DNA of 64,000 bases, counting the filler, from Octopus bimaculoides (taxonomy: Eukaryota), in assembly GCF_001194135.2 (NCBI RefSeq). It is 5 parts of 5 records of this genome, joined end to end, with 100 filler letters (N's around TTAATTAATTAA, not from the genome) between each part and the next. Parts side by side here need not be neighbours in the genome. Positions count along the whole stretch, not along the records: positions 1 to 17,482 come from NC_068981.1; positions 17,583 to 43,401 come from NC_068995.1; 3 more parts are not named here. One strand, given 5' to 3'. Within the stretch, counting starts at the first letter, position 1. The number at the start of each line of letters is the position of its first letter. Made by a program: the position numbers and the translations under genes. The notes below the pieces were generated by a model. The model was not told where the DNA came from. It ran no database searches and was given only the letters and a program-made list of their open reading frames with translations. Below, piece after piece: positions 12,781 through 24,499 of the stretch.

Positions 12781-13010
12781 CGGAAGGATAATCCCGAGGA
12801 CAAACAAACAAGAACCTACAATATGGTTGAAGCCAGAGCCACTCATAGTAAAAAGGAATACGGGTGGAATGTCCCAGTGCAGGCCTCAATAAAATGTAAG
12901 CACAACAGACCTGATATTATGATTTGGGATAGAGAAGAGAAACCGTGCACAGTTGTGGAAATTAGCTGCCCAGCGGATGTTAACGTAAAGCTGAAGATCA
13001 TTGAGAGATC
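12781..13010 (+). mobile_element. Internal endonuclease fragment of the same R4/Dong family as 5270-6560
   Basis: RKDNPEDKQ...WNVPVQASIKCKHNRPDIMIWDREEKPCTVVEISCPADVN aligns to ORF 5931-6248; flanked by (TACA)n and CA-rich repeats. Confidence 0.85.
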
Positions 13011-13286
13011 TGCACACACGCGCACATATTTATATACAAAGGCACAAAGCACATACAAATACACACACATACGCACATATACACACACAGTACTCAATAC
13101 TATAAACTCTGAATAATGAGATAAAACACAGAAAAATCAATCGATGAGTGAAGTAGAGCAGAAGGGGTTAGGTCATCGATAAGGACGCAGACTGTGACTA
13201 AAGGACTCTGAACTATCAGATTGATGAAACAAATGATTGATGAAACAATTGATTAGTTAATTCGATAAGTAACAAATAACAACAAC

Positions 13287-13370
<84 letters not shown>

Positions 13371-13399
13371 CATTATTATTATTATTATTGTTATTATTA

Positions 13400-13581
13400 A
13401 ACCCTTACAGCAAAAATTTTTGCTGGGGAGTTGGAGATGAGTCGATTACATGGACCACCGTGCGTAACTGGCACTTATTTTATCGACCCCGAAAGGATGA
13501 AAGGCAAAGTCGACCTCGGCGGAATTTGAATTCAGAACATAATGACGGACGAAAAACCGCTAAGCATTTTGTCCGTAGCGC

Positions 13582-13582
<1 letters not shown>
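13400..13582 (-). mobile_element. SINE family B, 5'-truncated, between AAT/ATT microsatellites
   Basis: Reverse complement of CCGCCGAGGTCGACTTTGCCTTTCATCCTTTCGGGGTCGATAAAATAAGT. Confidence 0.85.
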
Positions 13583-13640
<58 letters not shown>

Positions 13641-13642
<2 letters not shown>

Positions 13643-13826
13643 CTTGAGCAGTACATGGAACAAATAGGGGCTGCAATAAGGGTGGAACACTTGCAGAAAA
13701 CAGTACTGCTTGGAACCACTTGAATACTCCGGAAGGTGCTCGAAATATAAGGGGTGTTACCTTAGTTCACTGGTAGTGAACAGCTGGCACCGTAGTACAT
13801 CTCCAACGTTAGAAGCTGTGCAAAGG

Positions 13827-13830
<4 letters not shown>
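13641..13830 (+). mobile_element. 3' end of a Dong/R4-type element within a (TAA)n tract
   Basis: Translates as LEQYMEQIGAAIRVEHLQKTVLLGTT*ILRKVLEI* (LQKxxLLGTxxILRKVL R4 terminus), then a short 3' UTR; (TAA)n on both sides. Confidence 0.8.
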
Positions 13831-13896
<66 letters not shown>

Positions 13897-13898
<2 letters not shown>

Positions 13899-14112
13899 TA
13901 ATCCTTTCTGCTATTGGCACAATGACTGACATTTTGGGGAGGGTGCCAGTCGAAAATATTGACCCCAGTACGCAGCTGGTACTGAATTTATCGACCCCGA
14001 AAGGACGAAAGGCAAAATCGGCCTCAGCGGAATTTGAACTCAGAACCTAGTGAGGGGCAAAATACCGCTAAGCATTATGTCCAGCAGGCTAATGATTCTG
14101 CAACTCGTCGCC
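13897..14112 (-). mobile_element. SINE family B, full copy in an ATT/AAT tract
   Basis: Same core as 46081; AAT repeats flank both ends on the + strand. Confidence 0.85.
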
Positions 14113-15431
14113 GAAATAATAATGATAATAATAAGCGAAAATCAAGGAGTTGCCTGATATCTTATTCGCAAAATGCTTTCGGAAAGTACAACACAGTACG
14201 AATACACGTCAGATATCTTGCTAGTTAAATATGAAAACAATGTGTGTGTTTGTGTGTTCGATCCTCCTGTCTTAAATGGCAGTTGTGGGTTCATTAAACA
14301 AGAATGCAAAATCGTATTGATCCACCGGTTTGCTGAACAACTACACAGGTAACTTGTTTATAATGATAATGTTTGACCTGTAGGTTAGCTCAATCCCTCC
14401 ATCAAATCGACGTTGCCTATATAGGTCCATGACGTGAGATATGCCAGATGTCATAGTTAATTGTAGACCAAATGGTGAATATTAATTTCGGCCTATTTTA
14501 CTGGTCTATACCCTAAACAGTATGGCGTCGTTTCTAGCAGACCATTTCAGCATGGAACACGATTTTTCATGGTAAGAGTTTTCTCTTTCAGAGGGGCTGG
14601 TGTTCGAGAGCGCCCACGATTGCCCATGAAGACATTTGCTCAGGAGGAACCCCAGACCAATACACACACTTACGTACATGATATATATATATATATATAT
14701 ATATATANNNNNNNNNNNNNNNNNNNNNNNNNNNNNNNNNNNNNNNNNNNNNNNNNNNNNNNNNNNNNNNNNNNNNNNNNNNNNNNNNNNNNNNNNNNNN
14801 NNNNNNNNNNNNNNNNNNNNNNNNNNNNNNNNNNNNNNNNNNNNNNNNNNNNNNAGATGAGATGCAAAGATTTTTCGTACAGAAGACACTTTGTAGTGCT
14901 CAAAAGATTCAAACTTATACTCCGATGTCTTTACAAGGGATCATTCCACAAGGTAAAGAAAGGGTATAAGAGGGATCGAGTTGAGCCGGTATAGAAGCAA
15001 TTATGCGGATAAAGGAATTAGATACATCAAATATATTAAATATATTAAACAATATGTATATATGTATACATGCAAAATGAGAGAAAGCAAAAGGTGGAGA
15101 CTTTCAGATGATGAATTTTTAAGTATAAATATATAGATGTCTACATTAATAGATGAAACTTACACAGAGTACAAACGACAGAGAAAGATAAAAGGGTGGA
15201 AGAAGGGGATTATAAGTCCAACAGTTGTTTCTGGGAGCTCGGCGATCCATAATAATATTAGTAGATTTAGTTCATCATAATATGCGGCCGTATGGATGCA
15301 ATTAACATCGGATAAGACGAGCTTCCGTCATCACGGTAGAGATCTTACATTTCAGATCTTAATGCAGAGAGGTTCAAAGATGGAATGATGAAATGGAGAG
15401 AGCTAACCGTATTAGAGCTTATTTGCGTCTT

Positions 15432-15585
15432 AGTAACTTAGCGCCGCGGGAAAAAAGACCGATGGAATAAGTACCAGGCTTTAGAATAGTAAGTACTGGG
15501 GTCAATTCGTTCGACTAAAATCCTTCAAAAAGGTGCCCCAATATGGCTACAGTTCAATGTCTGAAAAGACTAGAAGATAAAAGAT
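15432..15585 (+). mobile_element. SINE family A tail, degenerate
   Basis: GTAACTTAGCG...GACCGATGGAATAAGTACCAGGCT...GGGGTCAATTCGTTCGACTAAA. Confidence 0.7.
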
Positions 15586-16460
15586 ACACACGTATACATA
15601 CATATGTGTGTGTGTGTGTGTGTGTATTTGTGTGTTTGTGTGTGTGTGCTTACGTACATACGTATGCAAATTTGTGTGTATGTGTGTCCGCCCACAGAGG
15701 CTTATAGAATTTCAGCCAGAGAAATAGTGAGTGAAAAAGGAAGACAAAATACAAAAGCAAGACGTTCGGAGTCAGATATTAATTCGTTGGCATTTCCTTT
15801 CAGAGGGACGTGGTTTTTGGGGTCGAAGACTCACCAAACTTAGAAATGGCTTTCCTTGAACGGTTTATGTTTAGATTTTATTTCATTGCCAATTATAAAC
15901 AGGAAAGACTTGTTAACATGTAATAAATATCTTTTTCATTGTGAAGTGTTTCATTCAATTAAATTAATTTGCAGTAAATAGAATTCGAGAATTACAGCTT
16001 TTCATATTCCATCGTTCTCATTTTACGGCTATTTTGTTTCATTTAACCCTCTTCTATAGACATCATGGTAACGCATCCTAAACAATCTTCATGCAGCTAT
16101 TTCATTATTTAAATATTAAACGCGAATAGAAAAACAGATATTGCAGTGGATGAAACATGCGACTTGTAGTGTTCATTAGAAAATATAGTTCCTGTTAAAT
16201 AAACCACTACATATATTGTGGTAAATATGGCCAAATATTTTGGAGGCTGCTCGACATGCTAAAACAGCAGTTGAATCTCTTCCCGATTACAACTTTCCGT
16301 CTTAGACAAAGAGCACATTGGATCCCTTGAAAGACTTTTAGGTCTTTGATCATGGAATGAACCAGAGTTGATAACAAAGCCATGGTAGCTCTAAGGACTT
16401 TGAAACATGTCACACACACGCAAAAATATATGCATATGTATGTGTGTGCATGTGTATGTG

Positions 16461-16497
<37 letters not shown>

Positions 16498-16505
16498 ATA
16501 CATGA

Positions 16506-16541
<36 letters not shown>

Positions 16542-16720
16542 NNNNNNNNNNNNNNNNNNNNNNNNNNNNNNNNNNNNNNNNNNNNNNNNNNNNNNNNNNN
16601 NNNNNNNNNNNNNNNNNNNNNNNNNNNNNNNNNNNNNNNNNNNNNNNNNNNNNNNNNNNNNNNNNNNNNNNNNNNNNNNNNNNNNNNNNNNNNNNNNNNN
16701 NNNNNNNNNNNNNNNNNNNN

Positions 16721-17420
16721 ACCAGACAATGTTTTGAAAAGACACCCACATAGATTGCATATCCAATTTCGGCCACGAAGACCTGCAGATAAGTTCTGAT
16801 CTTTGTGGATCTTAAAATGTCTTTTGAGGCCTCCGTTAGATTTCCAAACTTGCTAGCATACACTGCATTGAAGGGTGTGCACAGACATATAGGCAGAATA
16901 GTTGGTGGAGGTTCGTTTTCCATGGGTTCACAAATGAAATGTGAGCCCAGCGAAAGAAAGGCATCGTCTGCCACAAATTGTGCACACAAAAGGGTCATTG
17001 TGATTCACCTTCTCGATCGTAACATTCTTCCTTAAATCTCTCTTGAGTCTTACATGTCTTATTCTGGCCTCTTCAAATGCTTTCACTCCACTCCAAACTT
17101 CTGTTTGCCATCCAGCTCAATCCGAAGCAAGAGTTTCTATATCTTCTGGAACCATTCCAAGTGACTTCATAGTAGTCCCTATACTGTCCTTAAATCATTT
17201 TTTTAGGTTTACGCCGATAGCGCTTCCCCTCTGCAAGCTCACCATAAAACAGTTGTTTGGACATTTTTGGTGGAATTGTTCTAACAATTTAAAATGTCTT
17301 TCATAACACGTCCATGTTTCACAAGAATACAACAGGGATGGTAAGACAAATGATTTGTAAAGAGCCAACATTGTATTGTTATTTATATGTCGCTGGCGCC
17401 AAACGCATGGCTTCAAGCCA
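16721..17420 (-). mobile_element. RTE-clade LINE 3' fragment with three C-terminal C2H2 zinc fingers, internally deleted and pseudogenised
   Basis: LYKSFVLPSLLYSCETWTCYERHFKLLEQFH (RTE post-RT motif). Further downstream, one frame reads WQTEVWSGVKAFEEARIRH...FVCTICGRRCLSFAGLTFHL*TH...LQCSVC*QVWKSNGGLKRHFKIH...WICNLCGCLFKTLSG[gap]. Confidence 0.8.
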
Positions 17421-17582
17421 CCAAATACATATACATATAAATGTATACATATATATATATATTGCATATATATATATATATANNNNNNNNNNNNNNNNNN
17501 NNNNNNNNNNNNNNNNNNNNNNNNNNTTAATTAATTAANNNNNNNNNNNNNNNNNNNNNNNNNNNNNNNNNNNNNNNNNNNN

Positions 17583-17811
17583 ATCTACCTTCCTACTTAT
17601 TAGGATTTTGGTTTTAGCTAGGTTGACTCTAAGGCCCTTCAATTCTAGACCTTGCTTCCACACCTGAAACTTCTCCTCTAGTTCTGATAGTGACTCCGCA
17701 ATTAGGGCAAGGTCATCAGCATAGAGGAGCTCCCAGGGGCAGCCTGTCTTGAACTCCTCTGTGATTGCCTGGAGGACTATGGTAAATAATAGGGGGCTGA
17801 GGACGGAACCT
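17583..17811 (-). mobile_element. RTE LINE reverse transcriptase fragment (same family as 38780-39770)
   Basis: GSVLSPLLFTIVLQAITEEFKTGCPWELLYADDLALIAESLSELEEKFQVWKQGLELKGLRVNLAKTK. Confidence 0.85.
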
Positions 17812-17837
17812 GTGTATATATATATATATATATATAT

Positions 17838-17978
17838 ACAACAGGCTTCTTTCAGTTTCCACTCATGGCTTTGGATGGCCCAAGGCTAGAGTAGAAGCCA
17901 ATTGCCCAAGGTGCAACACATTAGGACTGAACCTGGAACCAGGTAGTTGGGAAGCAGGCTTCTTACCTCACAGCCATA
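17838..17978 (-). mobile_element. SINE family A, 5' half
   Basis: Reverse complement of the family A head. Confidence 0.75.
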
Positions 17979-18015
17979 CCTATATACATACATACATACA
18001 TGCATACATACACAC

Positions 18016-18064
<49 letters not shown>

Positions 18065-19324
18065 CAGAGGTTGGACAAAATAATGGAAACACCTTAAAAT
18101 TTCAAACAAATTTATTTTAATATGGCATAGGACCGCCTCTGGTAGTAATTACAGCTTGAATTCTATGAAGTAAGGACTCATACAAAAATTGAATTGTTTC
18201 CAAAGGAAATTTTGTCCATTCTTCAGCTAAAACAGTCTCCAGTTCTTGTAGTGATGATGGTGGTGGATATTGACTCCTTACTTGTTTTTCTAAAATGCAC
18301 CATAAATGTTCAATAATATTGAGAGCTGGGGACTGTGGTGGCCAGATAAGATGTTCAATTTCACTAGAACATTCCTCGTGCCATTCAGTAACAACTTTAG
18401 CTGTGTAAATTGGTGCATTATCATCCTGAAAGATTGTTTTCCTCTAGAATCAGTTTCGCAACTATAGAATGATCAGATAAAGTGCTTAGTCTTGACTATT
18501 AATTCTGCCATGAAGGGAAACCACTGGGCTGGCGGATTTCCAAGACATAGCCCCTGAGATCATCACAGATCCACCTCCAAGTTTAACAGTTGGAAGAAGG
18601 CAGTCTGGATCAAATGCTTCTTTTGGGTGTCTCCACATGTATACTCGGCTGGTGGTCGGAAATAAGGTAAAGGATGACTCGTCCAAGAAAATAACATTCT
18701 TCCACTGCTCTAGGGACCAATTCTGTAGGTTTTTACTCCACTCTAAACACTTTGCAACATTTGTTTTTGAAAGTAGTGGTTTTCTGATTGCAGCCCTCCC
18801 ATGAAATCCGGCTTTGTGCAGCTCTGTGCAAACAGTTTTTGTGGAAACTGGGTTCTCAAGGTGGTCATTAAGCTCTGCAGTAATTATGGGGGCTGTACTT
18901 TCGTGATCCTTTCTAACAATTTGTGTAAGATTCTGACAGTCCTTATCTGAAAGTTTTGGTTTTCTTCTGGAATTTTGTTTCGATGAGGAGGTTTTTCCCT
19001 CTTTCTCAAAGGGTGTCATAACTTTTGAAACAATATTTCTTGATACACCAAACATTTCGGCTGTTTGCATTATGCTAGCACCTGCCATATGAGCACCAAC
19101 AATTTGACCTCTTTGAAAGTCCGATAGATCTATCATTTTAATGAATTTTAATTACCTTTTTCTGATGATATCTGAAAAGAAACAGCAATTTTAGCAAAAC
19201 ATATTAAGCAACACTAATAATAAAAAATAAATAAATAAATAAACAATCTTTTGACAGTTTTATAGATATTTCAAAATTATGATGCTATGATGTTAGGTGT
19301 TTCAATTATTTTGTTCAACTCTTG
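18065..19324 (-). mobile_element. Full-length Tc1-type DNA transposon, DD36E (Incomer-like), 1260 bp, transposase disrupted
   Basis: 30-bp TIRs, 25/30 identical (CAGAGGTTGGACAAAATAATGGAAACACCT / rc CAAGAGTTGAACAAAATAATTGAAACACCT), flanked by TA. Transposase 19136->18117 has VIFLDES, KLGGGSVM and FQDDNAP-(36 residues D to E)-WPPQSPALNIIE, with a break near 18486. Confidence 0.92.
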
Positions 19325-19369
19325 TATGTATATAACTTTTTTTATATACCCAGGTCTATTCCTCATTTT

Positions 19370-20490
19370 TTGGGGAGGGTGTAGCCACAAGACATACACC
19401 AGGCTTTCTATTCATTTCCCAGCTCAAAGATGCAAGCCCCATTCTATGCTCGGGTCAAGGCACAGAACACAACCCTCAATATCAGCAGCGGGGCCCGACA
19501 GCATGCTGGTTTCTTACCGCTGTGAGCAACATCAAATTCACTCATCCATCCACAAACACTCTCCAAGGTTTCCTGTCATGAATAAACTCTCTTGCCTCTC
19601 TCACTCCAACACTTCTAACCATCGAAGCTTTCCTCACTCCATTCATCCACACAAACTGAGGTCTGCCTCTGGTTCTGCTGCCTACCACTCCTGCATTCAT
19701 CACCCTCCATGCCATTCACTCCTCATCCATCCTCCCCATGTGGCCAAACCACCTCAACATTTGTCTATCCATTTTAGTTGTTAGTTTTTCTCTCATTCCT
19801 GCTCACCTTCGCACCTCCTCATTTTTCACACCAACCACAGCCCTCAAACATCCCATCTCAAACATATCTAGTCACCTCCTTTTTGCCTCTTTCAGCCTCC
19901 ATGTCTCTACACCATATAACATTATCAGCACAATCATGCCCTCATACACACCTCTTTTCGCTTTCATACTCAACCTTTTATCTCTCAGCATACCTTTCAC
20001 AATTCCAAGTACCTTACTCCCCTCCTTCACTCTATATCCCACTTCCTCACCCAACCACCCCCATCTGCCGTCACATGTGATCCCAGATACTTAAAAACAC
20101 TCACCTCCTCTAACATCTCACCATTTATACTCACATCCATCCTACCAGCCATTCCATCTCTCGCACATCTCATTACCTTACTCTTAGCTACATTTACTTT
20201 CAGTTTCTTCCTCTCACACACTCTCCCAAACTCTATCACCAGTCTCCTCAGTTGCTCTTCCAAATCTGCCATCAGTGCTGTATCATCAGCAAACAACTGA
20301 CTCACCTGCCATTTCTCTCCATTTTCTCCCACCATTTGGGCTCCTCTATGAAAGGTTCTACCATTTACTGCTCTCACAACACCATCCATTAAACAGCCAC
20401 GGAAACATCACACAACCCTGTCTTAACCCCACCTTCACATCAAACCACTCACTTACTTCACTACCCACCCTAATGCATGCCCTGAGTATG
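19370..20490 (-). mobile_element. RTE-BovB-like LINE, 5'-truncated
   Basis: WQVSQLFADDTALMAD...LKVNVAKSKVM...LEEVSVFKYLG and LSMKAKRGVYEGMIVLIMLYGVETW, followed by 3' UTR. Confidence 0.85.
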
Positions 20491-20779
20491 ACTATAAACT
20501 AAATCTGTTAGTGGGACCCTGGGGCCCTGGTTTCAGAGTTTGAGGAGTGTGGAACCACCTCTTAGCCACTATTGTTCTCAGGTCTACTCTGGCCCGGAGT
20601 GGTAGCACCTATAAGGGCCTCAGCTATGTGTTAACTAGTAAACCCCCATAACTGGGGTGGGAGTGCAGTAGAATGCTGTTGCTGTATTCCCTGCATGGTA
20701 TAAGAGGTGACTAAAAGGAGTGGGAGCAAAAGGACTGGGTATCCACTCCCCCTAGTAATTTCATATTCCTAAAAAGACA

Positions 20780-21170
20780 AGTTCACTAACTAATCATAAT
20801 ATTCCTCTTGTGTTCTTAACCCTCCTGCCTGTGAATTATTTTTGTAATTTGTATTGTCATTTCTTTAGTGAGGCCCAGCATCTGAAGATCCTTTCTCACC
20901 ACTTTGTCCTTTGTCTTACACAGCTGCCCTCATATGTGTGTGTGTGTGTGTGTGTGTGTGAGGGCAGTTGCGTAAAACAATGCCAAGCTCTAATTGGGGA
21001 GGGTACCTGTGGAAGGGGTAGACCCAGAAAGACAAGGGACAAAGTGGTGAGAAAGGATCTTCAGATGCTGGGTCTCACTAAGGAAATGACAATACAAGCA
21101 AATTACAAAAATAATTCACAGGCAGGAGGGTTAAGAACACAAGAGCAATATTCTGATTAGTTAGTGGACT
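20780..21170. repeat. Inverted duplication of an RTE 3' fragment plus flank, centred on (TG)n
   Basis: 20780-20932 is the reverse complement of 20959-21170 apart from a ~50-60 bp deletion in the left arm; the right arm encodes EGTCGRGRPRKTRDKVVRKDL (RTE C-terminus). Confidence 0.85.
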
Positions 21171-21748
21171 ATTGAGCTGCAGATTCTAAAATACTAAAAT
21201 ATTTCAAGTATGAATGTTTCAAGGCTGGGGGATGGGTCACCTGTGATCTTAAGAAATTGTGTTGTTAACTATCAACTTTTATTCAAATTCAGCCATGATT
21301 ACATACATCTACAAAGGTTAAAATTACTACTACAATCCACCACATACACAAACACATACTTACAAACAACACACTTTGAATGAACATTTTCACATAGTGT
21401 AATATTCTGTAATATAGAAATAAACACATACTCACATGTGCGCGTGTGTGTGTGTGCGTATGTGTGTGTGTGTGTATGTGTGTGTGTACTCTTCCAACAA
21501 AAAAGTACTCCATCTGGTGACAGACAAATATCATTTAATAAACACAATAAGTATTTTTACGAGCTACTAATAGTTTCATGCAATGGACACAACTCAGACA
21601 GCATTTCATAACACACAATTCTCAGGCTCTGACGATGGAGCTAGGGCATTGCTTGAAAGCAACAGACGTGTTATAAAATGCTGAGTTATTTTTATTGTAT
21701 GAAACTATTGGTAGCTCATAAAAATATATATACACACACATATATAGA

Positions 21749-21801
<53 letters not shown>

Positions 21802-21950
21802 NNNNNNNNNNNNNNNNNNNNNNNNNNNNNNNNNNNNNNNNNNNNNNNNNNNNNNNNNNNNNNNNNNNNNNNNNNNNNNNNNNNNNNNNNNNNNNNNNNN
21901 NNNNNNNNNNNNNNNNNNNNNNNNNNNNNNNNNNNNNNNNNNNNNNNNNN

Positions 21951-21999
<49 letters not shown>

Positions 22000-22002
<3 letters not shown>

Positions 22003-22990
22003 CTGTCAGTTTTCTAGTAAGCAAAAAAATTGACAGGAACCTATCCACCTCAGATAGGTGGCTCTGTTCAATTTGTAGGAAATGTGTAGGCAGGAACTCC
22101 ATAAGGTGTACCTACCCAGTGCAAGCTATGGACACACAAGAAGTACAGTGGGTTAATTGCAAGGTTACCAGAGAAGATAGTTTTTGTACATGGAAGATGC
22201 ACAGGATCTATAAAAACTTTAGAGACTTGGGAAATTGATTCTCACAAATGCTCTGGTGGATCATTAGATGTAGTAAATAATTTCTACTACCTAAGGGACC
22301 AAATTAGTTGTGGGGAAGGATGCTTTGAGAGTGTGATAGCTAGAATAAGAATAGAATGGAGAAAATTCAGAGAGCTGTTACCTCTGTTGGCTACAAAAGG
22401 TTTCTCTCAACGAGTGAAAGGAAGATCGTATGATGCATGTACAGGACAGCAATTCTACATGGTAGTGAGACATGGGCTCTGAATGCAGAAGACTTGTGAA
22501 GGTTAGAAAGAGATGTGTAATGCAAGTGGATATGTAATGTAAGTGTACATGTTTGACAGAGTGCCAGTATTCTGAGAGAGAAGTTAGGTGTAAGAGGAAT
22601 TAGTTCCTGTGTGCAAGAGAGAAGACTGCACTGGTTTGGTCATGTGATGAGAATGGTTGCTGACAGCTCTATAAAGAAGTGGCAATCTCTGAAAGTGGAT
22701 GAAACGTGCAAGTGGGAGACCCAGGAAGATATAGGCTAAAGTACTGAAGAACAACCTCAGGAAGCTGAACCTTTCAGTTCAGATGACAAAGGACCAAGAT
22801 ACCTGGTGCCTGGCTGTACTCAAAAACACCTGTACTCCAAAACAGAAGTGTTGAGACCAAGCCTTCTAGTGGTGTAAAGCACTCATGGCAGTGCTACATA
22901 AAAGTGCTTGTGTGGTTCCATGTAAAAGCACCCATGCAGCGACACATAAAAGCGCCCATACTGCATCACATAAAGGCACTTGATTCTTCT
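22000..22990 (+). mobile_element. RTE LINE 3' part (PHD-containing family), degenerate
   Basis: SDRWLCSICRKCVGRNSIRCT..., LDVVNNFYYLRDQISCG, RIEWRKFRELLPLLATKG, LHWFGHVMRM, then a repeated AAAAGCAC-type 3' UTR. Confidence 0.8.
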
Positions 22991-23315
22991 GGTGTCATGG
23001 GATTCAAATTCTAAACACAACTAAACTGCCAAAAGCATTATCTTTGTGTAAAGTTTAAAACAAATCACATGCGTCTAATACATAATTTTAAAGATTAAAT
23101 CAATTATAGGGCAAGATAAAGCAGTTCTGAGGCATAGAATGACAGAACCAGTGGTGGTCATCAAAGCATAACTTCTATCTTAATTAAATTGAAAAGCTGA
23201 GGGTTGAAGAATATAAGAGCACCAAAGACTGATATGCTAAAAAACTTATTTAAATCTTGATGTAGTATTATGTGATAATGGAATGATAGAATGTGATCAA
23301 ATGCATTATCTTCTA

Positions 23316-24453
23316 TCTTCTAATATATAAAATAGAGATGTGTGTGTATTCACTTTTCACGTGAAAACAGCTTGACCAATTACTGCCAAACTTGTGAAGC
23401 ATGAATAATTTGACCTCAGACATATTATAGGGTCTTCATTTGATTCTTTTATTAAAAATTTTTTTAAATAAAAAATATTGCTTTTTATATTTCATGTCTT
23501 GCAAAGATTTTAATATTTTTACTTCTGGTTTTCTAGCGTCAGTGATGTATTATATCTCTTTATGTATATCTCTCTATCCATCTCTATCTCTCTGTAACAT
23601 TTCTCTCTATCTATATCTCGTTTTCACTTTCATTTTACAGACCCTATTCTTTTCACTTTCAATTTTCATACGCCATTGTTTAACTTCCATATTATTGTTT
23701 TCACTGTAAGTTTTGAATTGCTATTTACAAACAAACAATGACAAATTACTGACAGAAACAAGTTTACAATTACTGACGTAAGTAATTTCATAATTTACTG
23801 ACTGAAGTATCTTCCTAAATTTGACTTCAATTCGTACGGTCTTGTGTTTTCCTGTTGTTGACGGTTTCTTTCTGGTCCCTTCGATACTGGCTCTTTGGTT
23901 CACTGAGTGACAAATTTCCCTTCAACCCCTGACAATACTTTCTTTCCTGTTAAAATTTCCTATTTACTTCCTGCCTGTCGTATTAAGAACTACAGATTTC
24001 TGCCCCCGCCCAACACAATTTCCATGATCATAACTTTCAGAATTAGGGATATTTTTAAATAAAATTTTCTACAAATATGTCTTCTATCAGATCGGAANNN
24101 NNNNNNNNNNNNNNNNNNNNNNNNNNNNNNNNNNNNNNNNNNNNNNNNNNNNNNNNNNNNNNNNNNNNNNNNNNNNNNNNNNNNNNNNNNNNNNNNNNNN
24201 NNNNNNNNNNNNNNNNNNNNNNNNNNNNNNNNNNNNNNNNNNNNNNNNNNNNNNNNNNNNNNNNNNNNNNNNNAAATTTTAATGTTTTCATTCCAAGTTT
24301 TAATTCGCTATTTCTAAACAACTACAATAAATTACTGAAAGAAATATTTACTAAGTTCACAAATTTAAATATTCGGTACAAGACACTTTTCAACATACTT
24401 TTATTTATACGATTTTTTCATTCCATGTCCATCTCATTCATTGTTTGCAATAT

Positions 24454-24499
<46 letters not shown>

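Noticed and set aside
17527-17538. TTAATTAATTAA island inside Ns (also 43446-43457, 60062-60073, 62622-62633)
   Set aside because: The identical 12-mer is centred in ~100-bp N blocks and has stops in all frames: an artificial scaffold linker, not biology.
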